This document shows positions 39,408 through 49,423 of a stretch of DNA of 64,000 nucleotides, piece by piece. A program made the translations under genes and the position numbers. The stretch spans positions 1,383,733-1,447,732 of the forward strand of contig CAWEBU010000006.1 of the NCBI GenBank assembly GCA_963807405.1, given 5' to 3'. The stretch comes from an uncultured Acidobacteriota bacterium (GTDB lineage: Bacteria; Acidobacteriota; Vicinamibacteria; Vicinamibacterales; UBA2999). Each line of letters opens with the position of its first letter. Positions within the stretch are counted from its first letter, which is position 1. The notes below the pieces were generated by a model, which had not been told where the DNA came from, searched no databases, and worked only from the letters and a program-made list of their open reading frames with translations.

Positions 39408-40384
39408 CGTTTCCCTGGTTCGGGTCCCCGGTCTCCGGTCCCGGGCTCGCCGGCACCCGGATTCCCGTTCCCGGTTCGCGGCTCGTTCACGTACTCGAAG
39501 CCGAAGCGGCCCTTCACGCACAGGTTGCCGGCCGTGACGCCGTTCTCGAACGGCGACGTCACCTTGACGATGCGCTCATCCTGCACGTGCGCGGTCAGCG
39601 TGCAGCCGACGCCGCAGTAGGGGCAGATGGTGTCGGTGACCGTCTGCCGCTCGGGCGCCCACTGGCCGGCCTGGCGCAGTTCGAACTCGGGCTTGGCCAT
39701 CAGGGCGCCGGTCGGACAGACCGCGATGCAGTTGCCGCAGTAGACGCACGCGGATTCGGGCAGCGGCACGTCGAGCTCGGTCGAGATGTGGGCGTGGAAG
39801 CCGCGGCCGGCCACCGCGATGGCGAAGGTGTTCTGGGCGTCGGTGCCGCAGGCCTCGACGCACTTGTAGCAGAGCACGCACTTCGAATAGTCGCGCACGT
39901 AGAGGTCGTTGTCGTCCTTGAGCGGCTGGGCCACGGTGGCGGCCTGCGGACCGAAGCGTGACGGATCGGCCCCGTATTCCGCCAGCATCGGCGTCAGCTC
40001 GTCGGCCGTCGACAGGTCGACCGACGAGGCGAGCAGCTCGAGCACGACCTTGCGCGAGGTGCGTACGCGCGGCGAGTTCGTCTGCACCTTCATGCCGGCC
40101 TCGGCCTTGCGCGAGCAGGCCGGCGCCAGCACGCGCGCGCCCTCGACCTCGACGACGCACACGCGACAGACGTTCACTGGCGTGAGCGTCTCCAGGTAGC
40201 AGATCGTCGGGATGTTCCTGCCGGCGGCGCGGCAGGCGTCGAGCAGGGTCGCGCCCTCGGGAACCTCCACCGCTTGCCCGTCGATCGTGACCGCGATGAG
40301 CGGCCGCGCGGGCGCCGGCGGCGGGGCCGGTATGACGGCCCCGCGCGGCGGCAGATTGAACCAGATGGCCTGTTCGTCACTCAC
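39404..40384 (-). CDS. formate dehydrogenase alpha-subunit N-terminal Fe-S module as a separate ORF (NuoG-like 2Fe-2S, two 4Fe-4S, and the Mo-enzyme 4Fe-4S domain)
   Basis: 326 aa with a GTG start that overlaps the NuoEF stop as GTGA. Cys motifs are CYLETLTPVNVCRVC...APAC, CVLCYKCVEAC, CVYCGNCIAVCP and CPYCGVGC...CVKGRFGFEYV. It then ends in a Gly/Pro-rich 25-aa tail, and its stop overlaps the PQQ-dehydrogenase ATG as ATGA. Confidence 0.85.
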   Translation of the reverse strand: MSDEQAIWFNLPPRGAVIPAPPPAPARPLIAVTIDGQAVEVPEGATLLDACRAAGRNIPTICYLETLTPVNVCRVCVVEVEGARVLAPACSRKAEAGMKVQTNSPRVRTSRKVVLELLASSVDLSTADELTPMLAEYGADPSRFGPQAATVAQPLKDDNDLYVRDYSKCVLCYKCVEACGTDAQNTFAIAVAGRGFHAHISTELDVPLPESACVYCGNCIAVCPTGALMAKPEFELRQAGQWAPERQTVTDTICPYCGVGCTLTAHVQDERIVKVTSPFENGVTAGNLCVKGRFGFEYVNEPRTGNGNPGAGEPGTGDRGPEPGKR

Positions 40385-42262
40385 GATGCGCGCTCCCCCT
40401 GGAAGACATGCAGGCGCTGCACCGCCGACTCGATGGCGGCCGAGGCCGTCTGGCCGAGCCCGCAGATCGAGGCATCGCGCATCGCCTGGCCCAGTTCGCT
40501 CAGGAGCGCCAGCCGCTCCGGTGCCGCGGTGCCGGCGGCCCGCAGCTGCTCGAGCAGCTCACGCTGCCGCACCGTGCCGACCCGGCACGGCACGCACTGC
40601 CCGCAGCTTTCGTCCTCGAAGAAGGCCGCGATCCGGCCGAGCAGATCGGGAAGATCCGCGGTGTCGTCGAACGCCATCACGACGCCCGAGCCCAGCGTGA
40701 CGCCGGCCTCCCGCGTGTCCTCGAACGTCATCCGCAGGTCCAGAGACTCGGGACCGACGAACATGCCCGCCGCGCCGCCGAGCAGGACCGCCTGCAGCGG
40801 ACGCCCGCCGGCCACGCCGCCGGCCCGCGCCATCACCTCGCCGAGCGTGACCCCGAACGGGAACTCGTAGAGGCCCGGCTGCGCGACATGGCCCGACACG
40901 CAGAAGAGCCGTGTGCCGGTGGATTTCGCGGTGCCGGTGGCGGCCCAGGCGGCCGCCCCGTCGACCAGAATCGGCAGCACGTTGGCCAGCGTCTCGACGT
41001 TGTTGACGACGGTCGGCTGGCCGAACAGGCCGACCTGACTCGGGAACGGCGGCTTCGACCGCGGCTCGCCGCGCTTGCCCTCGAGCGAGTTGAAGAGCGC
41101 CGTCTCCTCGCCGCAGATATAGGCGCCGGCACCGCGCCGGACCTCGATCTCGAAGACGTGACCCGACCCGGCGATGTCGGGTCCGAGCAGCCCGGCGCCG
41201 CGCGCGGCGGCCGCGGCCTCGCAGGATGCGGGCCTCGGCGTCGGGATACTCCCCGCGCACGTAGAGGAACCCGCGTTCGCTGCGCGTGGCGATGCCGCAG
41301 ATGGTCATTGCCTCGACGATCGCGAACGGATCGCCGGCGACCAGCACGCGGTCCTTGAACGTCCCGGGCTCGGACTCATCGGCGTTGCAGACGACATGGT
41401 GCGGCAGCGCCGGCTCGGCCGCCACCGCCTCCCACTTCACGCCGGTGGGAAAGGCGGCGCCGCCGCGGCCCATGAGCCGCGCGGCCTTCACTTCGGCGAT
41501 GACCCCCGCCGGCCCGAGCTCGATGGCGCGCGCCAGCGCGCGGTAGCCGCCGGCAGCGCAATAAGCCTCGAGGCTCGTGGGGTCGACGACGCCGACTCGA
41601 GCGAGCAGGCTCAGCCCGGGCTCGCCGGCCTGCGGCACGACCGACCGCAGCTCGTCGAGCGATTCCTTCAAGTGCCCCACGGTGCCGGGCCCGAGCGCGC
41701 TTGCCACCGCGGCCGCCGAGCTCACCGGCGCCACGACGCGGCGCTCGGCCGAATCACCCGCGCGCACGATGAGCGCCGCCGGCGCCCGTTCGCACTGCCC
41801 CAGGCACGGGCTGCGCATCCAGGTCGTGTCACGGCCGGACGGCGCCGCGCCCTCGGGCCCGAGCGTCGCCGTCAGCGCCTCGCAGAGCGCCTCGGCCCCG
41901 CGCACGCGGCAGGCGATGTCGTCGCACACGTGGGCCACGGTAGCGGCCCGCGGTGCGGTCGCAAACAGGTGGTAGAAGGTGAGCACCCCCCACGCCTCGG
42001 CCGGCGGCACGACCAGCCGCTGGCAGATGTAGTTCATCGCGCCACGGCTGACCCAGCCGACGCGGTCCTGGACGGCGTGGAAGGCGGGCAGCAGGAGATG
42101 GCGCTGCTGCTCCGCCGCCGCCACCCCGCCACGCGACGTGCGGCCGTCGCGCTCGATATCCCGGGGGCCGCCCTCCCAGCCGGAGCCGGGGGGCCCGAGC
42201 AGCCGGTCGACGGCGTCGCGCTCAGCGGCGGTCGCCGCCGGGCCGATGACGTGAATATCCAC
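40381..42262 (-). pseudogene. fused NuoE-like/NuoF-like NAD(H)-binding diaphorase subunit (FdsG/FdsB-type), +1 frameshift near 41221
   Basis: The NuoE-like region is CDDIACRVRGAEALCEAL...SPCLGQCERAP. NuoF motifs are GRGGAAFPTGVKWE, GAGAYICGEETALFNSLEGKRGEPR, ESCGQCVPCRVG and ICGLGQTA. The junction reads YPDAEARIL|EAAAAARGAGLLGPDI after removing one base. GTG start at 42262 with a GAGGAG RBS. Confidence 0.85.
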
Positions 42263-42294
42263 TCGCGACTCCTCGCCTGCTCCCCTGGTGGGGA

Positions 42295-44256
42295 CTACGC
42301 GCCGACCGCTTCGATCTGCACGGCAGCGGCCTTGAACTCGGCCGTGCCGGACTTCGGATCGACCGCGTCGATGGTGAGGTGGTTGGTGGCGACCTCCTCG
42401 GGAAAGTGAAACGTCATGAACGTCAGCCCCGGCCGCAGTGCCGGATCGATGTGAACGGGGGCCACCACGCTGCCCCGCCGCGACCGGATGCGCACCGTCT
42501 GCCCTTCGCTGAAGCCGAGCCGGAGGGCGTCCTCCGGTGAGAGATCGATGGTCTCGCCGCGGCGTACCGGCGAGGCATAGGGGCCCGTCTGCACGCCCGT
42601 GTTGTACTCCTCGAGGCGTCGCCCGGTCGTCAGGCGGAAGGGATACTCGGCGTCGACGGCTTCAAAGGGCAGCGCGTGCTCGACGACCGAGAACGGCGCG
42701 CGCGGACCGGGCACGGGACGATCCCACAGCCGTCCGTGCAGGAACGCTTCGCCCGGATGCGTCTCGTCATAGCACGGCCACTGCAGCCCTCCCTCCGCGG
42801 CGAGCCGGTCGTAGCTCATGCCGCCGTGCACCGGCGAGAGACCGCGCAGTTCGTCCCAGATGCCCTCGGCGTCGGTGGCCGGCCACGTCGCGCCCATGCG
42901 GCGCGCCAGGTCGACGATGATCGTCAGGTCGTCACGGCTCTCGCCGAGTGGCGCCTTGGTCCGGCGCACGCGCTGCACGCGCCGTTCGCTCGACGTCACG
43001 GTGCCGTCGGACTCGAAGGCGCCGGCGGCCGCCGGCAGCACGACATCGGCCAGTTCCGCCGTGGCCGTGCGCATCACGTCCTGCACGACGAGAAACTCCA
43101 CGTTGCGGAGCACGCGGCCGGAGTGGTGTTGGTCGGCTTCCGACTGCGCCGGGTTCTCGCCGATGACGTAGAGCGCCGTGAGGTCACCGCGCCCCATCGC
43201 CTCGAACATGCCGGTCAGGTGCCAGCCGCGGACCGGCGGCACGGTCACCCCCCAGGTGCGATCGAAGGCGGCCCGCACCTGGTCGTTCTCGACGTGGAGG
43301 AAGCCGGGCAACCGGTCGGGCAACGCGCCCATGTCGCCGCCGCCCTGCACGTTGTTCTGCCCGCGCAGCGGATTGATGCCCGAGCCCCAGCGCCCGACGT
43401 GCCCGGTGAGCAGCGCCAGGTTGATCAGGGCGAGCACGTTGTCGACGGCGTTGTGGTGCTCGGTGATGCCGAGCGTCCAGCAGATCATGGCGCGCGGCGC
43501 GGTGGCGAAGCCATGGGCCATCTCGCGGATGACGGCGGCCGGCACGCCGGTGGCCTGCTCACCGCGCTCGAGCGTCCACGGCAGCACGGCCGCCTTGTAG
43601 TCCTCGAACCCGGTCGTGGCGTGATTGATGAAGTCGCGGTGCGCCAGGCCCGCCACGATGATCTCGCGCGCCATGGCATGGGCCAGCGCGATGTCGGTGC
43701 CGACGTCGAGCCCGGCCCAGAGGTCCGCCCAGCGGGCCGACGAGGTGCGCCGCGGATCGATGGCGAACAGCCGCGCTCCCCGCTGCAGGCCCTTGAGCAG
43801 GTGGTGGAAGAAGATCGGATGCGTCTCGCGGGCGTTCGAGCCCCACAGCAGGACGCAGTCCGTCTCCTCGATCTCGCGGTACGACGTGGTGCCGCCGCCC
43901 ATCCCGAAGACCGCCGCCAGACCGGCGACGCTCGGCGCGTGTCAAGTGCGGTTGCAGCTGTCGATGTTGTTCGAGCCGATGACGGTGCGGGCGAACTTCT
44001 GCGCCGCGTAGTTCATCTCGTTGGTGCCCTTCGAGCAGCTGAAGAGGCCGAACGTCGACGGACCGCGGCGCGCCACCGCGTCGCGGAACCCCGCCGCCGC
44101 CTTGTCGAGCGCTTCGTCCCAGGTCGCCTGGCGAAGCGCCCCGCCGCGAACGTCGCGCACCAGGGGATGTGTCAACCGTTGCATGCGAGCCATACGCGGA
44201 AGAGTAACACCTCGGGCTCGCGGCGGCATCCGGCGGGCCACCGCGCCGGCGCTCAC
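42295..44256 (-). CDS. fdhA: formate dehydrogenase catalytic (molybdopterin) module, selenocysteine-containing (TGA at 43942-43944 read as Sec)
   Basis: ORFs 43942-44256 and 42295-43902 are in the same frame, separated only by TGA: ...NNIDSCNRT-U-HAPSVAGLAAVFGMGGGTTSY... This is the catalytic Cys/Sec position of formate dehydrogenases. Molybdopterin-domain motifs follow (NPLRGQNNVQGGGDMG). It lacks the N-terminal 4Fe-4S domain. The GTG start overlaps the upstream stop as GTGA. Confidence 0.85.
43909..43933 (-). promoter_or_regulatory. SECIS-like hairpin downstream of the in-frame UGA
   Basis: The mRNA reads GAGC-GUCGCC-GGUCU-GGCGGC-GGUC: a 6-bp GC-rich upper stem with a GGUCU apical loop. 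The loop begins 19 nt after the UGA, the same register as GGUCU in the E. coli fdhF SECIS (recalled from memory). Confidence 0.6.
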
Positions 44257-44504
44257 CCGCCGTCGAGCGTCCAGCGGTCCAGCGGCGTCGACAGCAGCAG
44301 GTAGCGGCGCCGCAGCGCCACGACGCGCGGTGCCAGCTCGGCCACCGGGAACTCGCGCGCGCGGCAGCGATCGCGCAAGGTGCGAATCTCGTGGCGGTAG
44401 AGGTCGTTGATCGCCTCACGCAGCGTGGCCGGCGTCGTGTCGGCGCGCGGCCGCAGGCCGTGGGCGGCGAGCGCATCGAGAACCTCGGGGCGGTAGGCCG
44501 GCAT
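44253..44504 (-). CDS. hypothetical 83-aa protein translationally coupled to the formate dehydrogenase gene
   Basis: MPAYRPEVLDALAAHGLRPRADTTPATLREAINDLYRHEIRTLRDRCRAREFPVAELAPRVVALRRRYLLLSTPLDRWTLDGG. Its ATG overlaps the upstream stop (ATGA) and its stop overlaps the fdhA GTG (GTGA). No family was recognised. Confidence 0.5.
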   Translation of the reverse strand: MPAYRPEVLDALAAHGLRPRADTTPATLREAINDLYRHEIRTLRDRCRAREFPVAELAPRVVALRRRYLLLSTPLDRWTLDGG

Positions 44505-45232
44505 CAGGGCCTGCACAGCAGCAGATAGGCACGCGCCTCGGCGGCCGCGGCCCCCGGCGTGGCGTCGGCGGGGAGCAGGCGTTGCACCTGGCGGTAGGCC
44601 TCGCAGGCGCCCCGTTTGTTGGCGCGACGATCGCGGGCACGCGCCAGTCCGCGCCACGCGGCCGGGCTGTCGTGGGCAGCGGTCGCCTTCAGAAACGCTG
44701 CCTCAGCCAGTTCGTAGTCGTCAACGCCGTGCCACAGCTCACCCTCCGCGAGGTCAATCGTCAGTGGCCAGGCCGGCGCGGACCCGGCGAGCGTGAGGCG
44801 GACCGAGAGCCCCCGAGCCTGCTCGATCCACACCCGCATCTCGTCACGCTCATCCTGGGCGGCGGCGGCCGCCGCGCGCAGGAGCGCCGCCGCATAGGCG
44901 GCCTCGGACCAGGGCGGCCCGAGCGACGTCACGGCGGCCACGGCGGCCGCCACCGGTTCGAGCGCGTCGGCCGTGCCGCCGCGGTCGGCGGCGGCCGTCG
45001 CGGCCAGCCAGCCGCGGGCGGCCCACGCCGCCAGCGTCAACGTGTCACACCCGGCCGGGGCGTCGTAACCGAGCCGCAGCCGCTCGGCGGCGTCGGCATA
45101 GGCGCCGCGCGCCACCTCCGCCGCCGCCTGCTCGAGCGCCGCGGCGGCCACTGGCGAGCACCGGCCGGCGGGCGGTTGCGGCATGGCGGCCGTCATGGTG
45201 GCCAGCAGCAGGAAGAGCACGTCCGGGGACAT
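44504..45232 (-). CDS. hypothetical Ala-rich protein with N-terminal hydrophobic segment
   Basis: 242-aa ORF and first gene of the minus-strand cluster. The N-terminus MSPDVLFLLLATMTAAM is signal-like, and the helical Ala-rich repeats are possibly TPR-like. No family was recognised. Confidence 0.45.
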   Translation of the reverse strand: MSPDVLFLLLATMTAAMPQPPAGRCSPVAAAALEQAAAEVARGAYADAAERLRLGYDAPAGCDTLTLAAWAARGWLAATAAADRGGTADALEPVAAAVAAVTSLGPPWSEAAYAAALLRAAAAAAQDERDEMRVWIEQARGLSVRLTLAGSAPAWPLTIDLAEGELWHGVDDYELAEAAFLKATAAHDSPAAWRGLARARDRRANKRGACEAYRQVQRLLPADATPGAAAAEARAYLLLCRP

Positions 45233-45314
45233 TCGTGTACAACCAATTATCGCGCGCCAACCTGCGGCTGCGGCGATCTGGAGTTATCATTAGCCGGATC
45301 GAAGGAGTCGCCAG

Positions 45315-46280
45315 ATGAAGATTGCACGTTCCTCCGCGTCCACCGGACGCGGTCTCGCCGCGATGGTGTCGACGATTGCCGTTGCCTCCCTGGCCCTCGC
45401 CGGCGCCCAGCAAGCTCCCGCCAAGCCGGACGCGCCCGCCGGCGCCCAGCAAGCTCCGGCCAAGCCCGACGCGCCCGCCGGCGATCCGGCGGCCACCGCC
45501 AAGCCGGAGCCGCGTGCCACGGGGGTGCTGCCGCCGCCGACGCGCGCCATCGTTCCCGTGGCTGCCAGCTCCGTCGCCGCCAAGCCCGATCAGTGGGCGG
45601 GCGAGTACGTGGCCATGACCGGCATCGTCGAAGCCGGCATCGGCCCGATGGCGTTCACCGTCGACCAGGACAAGACCAAGGCCGCGCCCGAGGTGCTGGT
45701 GCTGGCGCAGCGGTTGAGCGATCCGGTGGCCCCGAACACCTACGTCACGGTGATTGGCCTGCTCATGAAGTACGACCCGGCGGATGTCGCGGCCAAGTCG
45801 AAGGCGCATGCCCACGACCTCGGCGCCGATGCCGCGAAGTACGCCGGCAAGCCGGTCGTGCTCGCCACCTCGGTCGTGAACGACAAGATGCTGGACCTGG
45901 CCCGCTTCATTCCCCCGCCCATGACCCCTGACGAAGAGGCTCTGCAGAAGGCCATGCGCGGCGTGCCGTCGGCGTCGGGCGAGATGCGCAAGGGCGCCGA
46001 CTCCTCCAACCTCGAGATGGCGACCAAGAACGTGGCCACGCTGACCGCGGCCTTCACCGAGACGGAAGCCTTCATGAAGAAGCGCGGCAAGATGGACGCC
46101 ATGAAGTGGGCCGCCGATGCCCGGGCCAACGTGCTGGCCGTCGACAAGGCTGCCAAGTCCGGTTCGTGGGACGCGGCCAAGACCGCCGCCGCCGCGGTCG
46201 GTTCGGCCTGCGCCACCTGCCACACCCCGTACCGCGAGCGCCTCGAAGACGGCTCGTTCCGTTTCAAGGCCGGCGGCTAG
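45315..46280 (+). CDS. secreted fusion protein with C-terminal class II cytochrome c (cytochrome c'-like) module
   Basis: 321 aa with a GAAGGAG RBS, a signal peptide and a duplicated AGAQQAPAKPDAP linker. An unknown ~170-aa domain follows. The C-terminal helical region ends with the CxxCH heme motif (GSACATCHTPYRE), as in cytochromes c'/c556. Confidence 0.68.
   Translation: MKIARSSASTGRGLAAMVSTIAVASLALAGAQQAPAKPDAPAGAQQAPAKPDAPAGDPAATAKPEPRATGVLPPPTRAIVPVAASSVAAKPDQWAGEYVAMTGIVEAGIGPMAFTVDQDKTKAAPEVLVLAQRLSDPVAPNTYVTVIGLLMKYDPADVAAKSKAHAHDLGADAAKYAGKPVVLATSVVNDKMLDLARFIPPPMTPDEEALQKAMRGVPSASGEMRKGADSSNLEMATKNVATLTAAFTETEAFMKKRGKMDAMKWAADARANVLAVDKAAKSGSWDAAKTAAAAVGSACATCHTPYRERLEDGSFRFKAGG
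45399..45476 (+). repeat. 2 x 39-bp in-frame tandem repeat
   Basis: Unit 1 at 45399-45437 and unit 2 at 45438-45476 differ at only a few positions. They encode AGAQQAPAKPDAP twice. Confidence 0.9.
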
Positions 46281-46305
46281 ACCGCCGCGCCGCCATCGCA
46301 ACGCC

Positions 46306-46339
46306 AAAGGGGCGCGAAGCCAACGCTTCGCGCCCCTTT
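46306..46339. terminator. bidirectional rho-independent terminator between convergent genes
   Basis: AAAGGGGCGCGAAGC-caac-GCTTCGCGCCCCTTT forms a perfect 15-bp stem flanked by A/T runs on both sides. It lies between the cytochrome gene (ends 46280) and ahcY (ends 46417). Confidence 0.85.
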
Positions 46340-46416
46340 CGTGTCTACGAATCGTGCCGCCCGCAGGCCGGTGCCCGGGGCCGGCGATGTCAGCACCGCC
46401 GACCCCGAATCCCGGC

Positions 46417-47952
<1,536 letters not shown>

Positions 47953-47988
47953 GTCTGTCTCCTTGCGTCCAGTGTCCGGGTCGGTCGT

Positions 47989-48975
47989 CTATCGCATGGC
48001 AACGGCGCGGAAGAGCGCGGGGCCCTTCGCCGTTGCCTCGGTTGGCAGGGCATCGAAGCGCACGTCGGCAAAGCCGGCGCCGTCGCACCATCGGCGGATC
48101 TGCGGCTCGGAGAAGCCGAGCCACACGTGTCCCATCTGCTGCTGGTAGTCGCTGCGATCGTGGGGCAGCATGTCCACGATGAGCACGCGGCCGCCCGGCG
48201 CGACGACGCGCGCGGCTTCCGCGATGGCGCGCCCGGGGTCGGGCACGTGATGCAGCACGAGCGCCAGCACGGCGATGTCGAGTTGCTGGTCGTCCACCGG
48301 CAGCGCTTCGAGCGCGCCGCGCCGCACCTCCACGTTGGCCATCGCGGCCAGGCGGGTACGGGCGGCGGCCAGCATCTCGGCGGACGCATCGACGGCGATG
48401 ACGCGGGCGACATAGGGGGCGACCAGCGCGCTGAACTGGCCGGTGCCACAGCCGAGATCGCCGACCCGGAGACGCCGGTCGAGCATCGCGAGCACCGCCT
48501 CGGCCTGGAACTGCTGGCCGAACAGCTCGGCGCGCAGCCAATCCCATTGCCCGGACGCCGACGAGAAGAACTGCGCCGACTTCGAGCGGCGCTCGGCCAG
48601 CACGGCATCGGCGCGGCGGGCGTCCTGTTCGGCGGCCGCCGTCTCACCGGCCTGCTCGCGAATCAGCGGCCACAGCCGCGCGGCCGGCTGGTCGAGGGCC
48701 GTGGCCAGGCCGTAGTAGCGCGAGGTGCCATCGCGACGCGAGACCACCCAGCCGTCGTCGGCCAGGGTCTTGAGGTGGCGGCTCACGGTCGACTGCGGCA
48801 ACTGGAGCACCGCGCACAACTCGGAGACGGTCAGCTCGAACCGCTCGAGCAGCACGAGCAGCCGGCAGCGCACGGGATCGGCAAGGGCCGTCATGTGCTC
48901 CACCAGCCGCGGCAGGCTGCCGCGGGCGTCGCTCGGCTGTTCGGTGTCTTTATTCATCCGTAAATCCGGATTCAA
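47989..48975 (-). CDS. ArsR-family HTH fused to a SAM-dependent methyltransferase domain
   Basis: 328 aa. ArsR wHTH region LADPVRCRLLVLLERFELTVSELCAVLQLPQSTVSRHLKTLADDGWV. Methyltransferase motif I is VGDLGCGTGQF. Located 37 nt upstream of ahcY. Confidence 0.85.
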   Translation of the reverse strand: MNPDLRMNKDTEQPSDARGSLPRLVEHMTALADPVRCRLLVLLERFELTVSELCAVLQLPQSTVSRHLKTLADDGWVVSRRDGTSRYYGLATALDQPAARLWPLIREQAGETAAAEQDARRADAVLAERRSKSAQFFSSASGQWDWLRAELFGQQFQAEAVLAMLDRRLRVGDLGCGTGQFSALVAPYVARVIAVDASAEMLAAARTRLAAMANVEVRRGALEALPVDDQQLDIAVLALVLHHVPDPGRAIAEAARVVAPGGRVLIVDMLPHDRSDYQQQMGHVWLGFSEPQIRRWCDGAGFADVRFDALPTEATAKGPALFRAVAMR

Positions 48976-49073
48976 GGATATACGTCACGGCGCCGCTCGT
49001 CAAGGCCTGCGCTTGCAACCATTCGCCGGTGGCGGCCGTCTATGTTCCACACGCGTATATACTCTGCACACCG

Positions 49074-49418
49074 ATGACCTCCGATCGACTTCGCCCCGAC
49101 CGTTTCCTGCCGCTGCCCCCGGCATGGCTCGACATCCTGCTGGCGCTGTGCGGCGAGGACCTCCACGGCTACGCCGTGATGCAGGCGGTGGCCCGTGACT
49201 CCGAGACCACGATGCACCCCGGCACCCTCTACCGCGCCCTCGCCCGCCTGCTCGAGTCGGAACTGATCGTCGAACTCGACGAGCGCCCGACCGCCGGCGA
49301 CGACGAGCGCCGGCGCTACTACCGCGTGACGCCGCTCGGACGCGAGGTGGCTCGCGCCGAGGCCACCCGTCTGGAGCGCGTGCTGGCTCGTGCCCGCGCG
49401 GCCAGGATCTTCGCCTGA
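49074..49418 (+). CDS. PadR family transcriptional regulator
   Basis: LDILLALCGEDLHGYAVMQAV...GTLYRALARLLESELIV...RRYYRVTPLGREV. ATG 49074 is preferred over GTG 49029. Confidence 0.88.
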   Translation: MTSDRLRPDRFLPLPPAWLDILLALCGEDLHGYAVMQAVARDSETTMHPGTLYRALARLLESELIVELDERPTAGDDERRRYYRVTPLGREVARAEATRLERVLARARAARIFA

Positions 49419-49423
49419 CACCG

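Noticed and set aside
39404-39480. The Gly/Pro-rich low-complexity tail of the FDH Fe-S ORF considered as a misassembly junction.
   Set aside because: Both flanks show precise 4-nt start/stop overlaps with neighbouring genes, which a chimeric join would be unlikely to create. It is still worth read-level confirmation.
44253-44504. The 83-aa ORF considered as the FdsD delta subunit of NAD-dependent FDH.
   Set aside because: The sequence does not resemble the FdsD pattern as I recall it. It is left as hypothetical.
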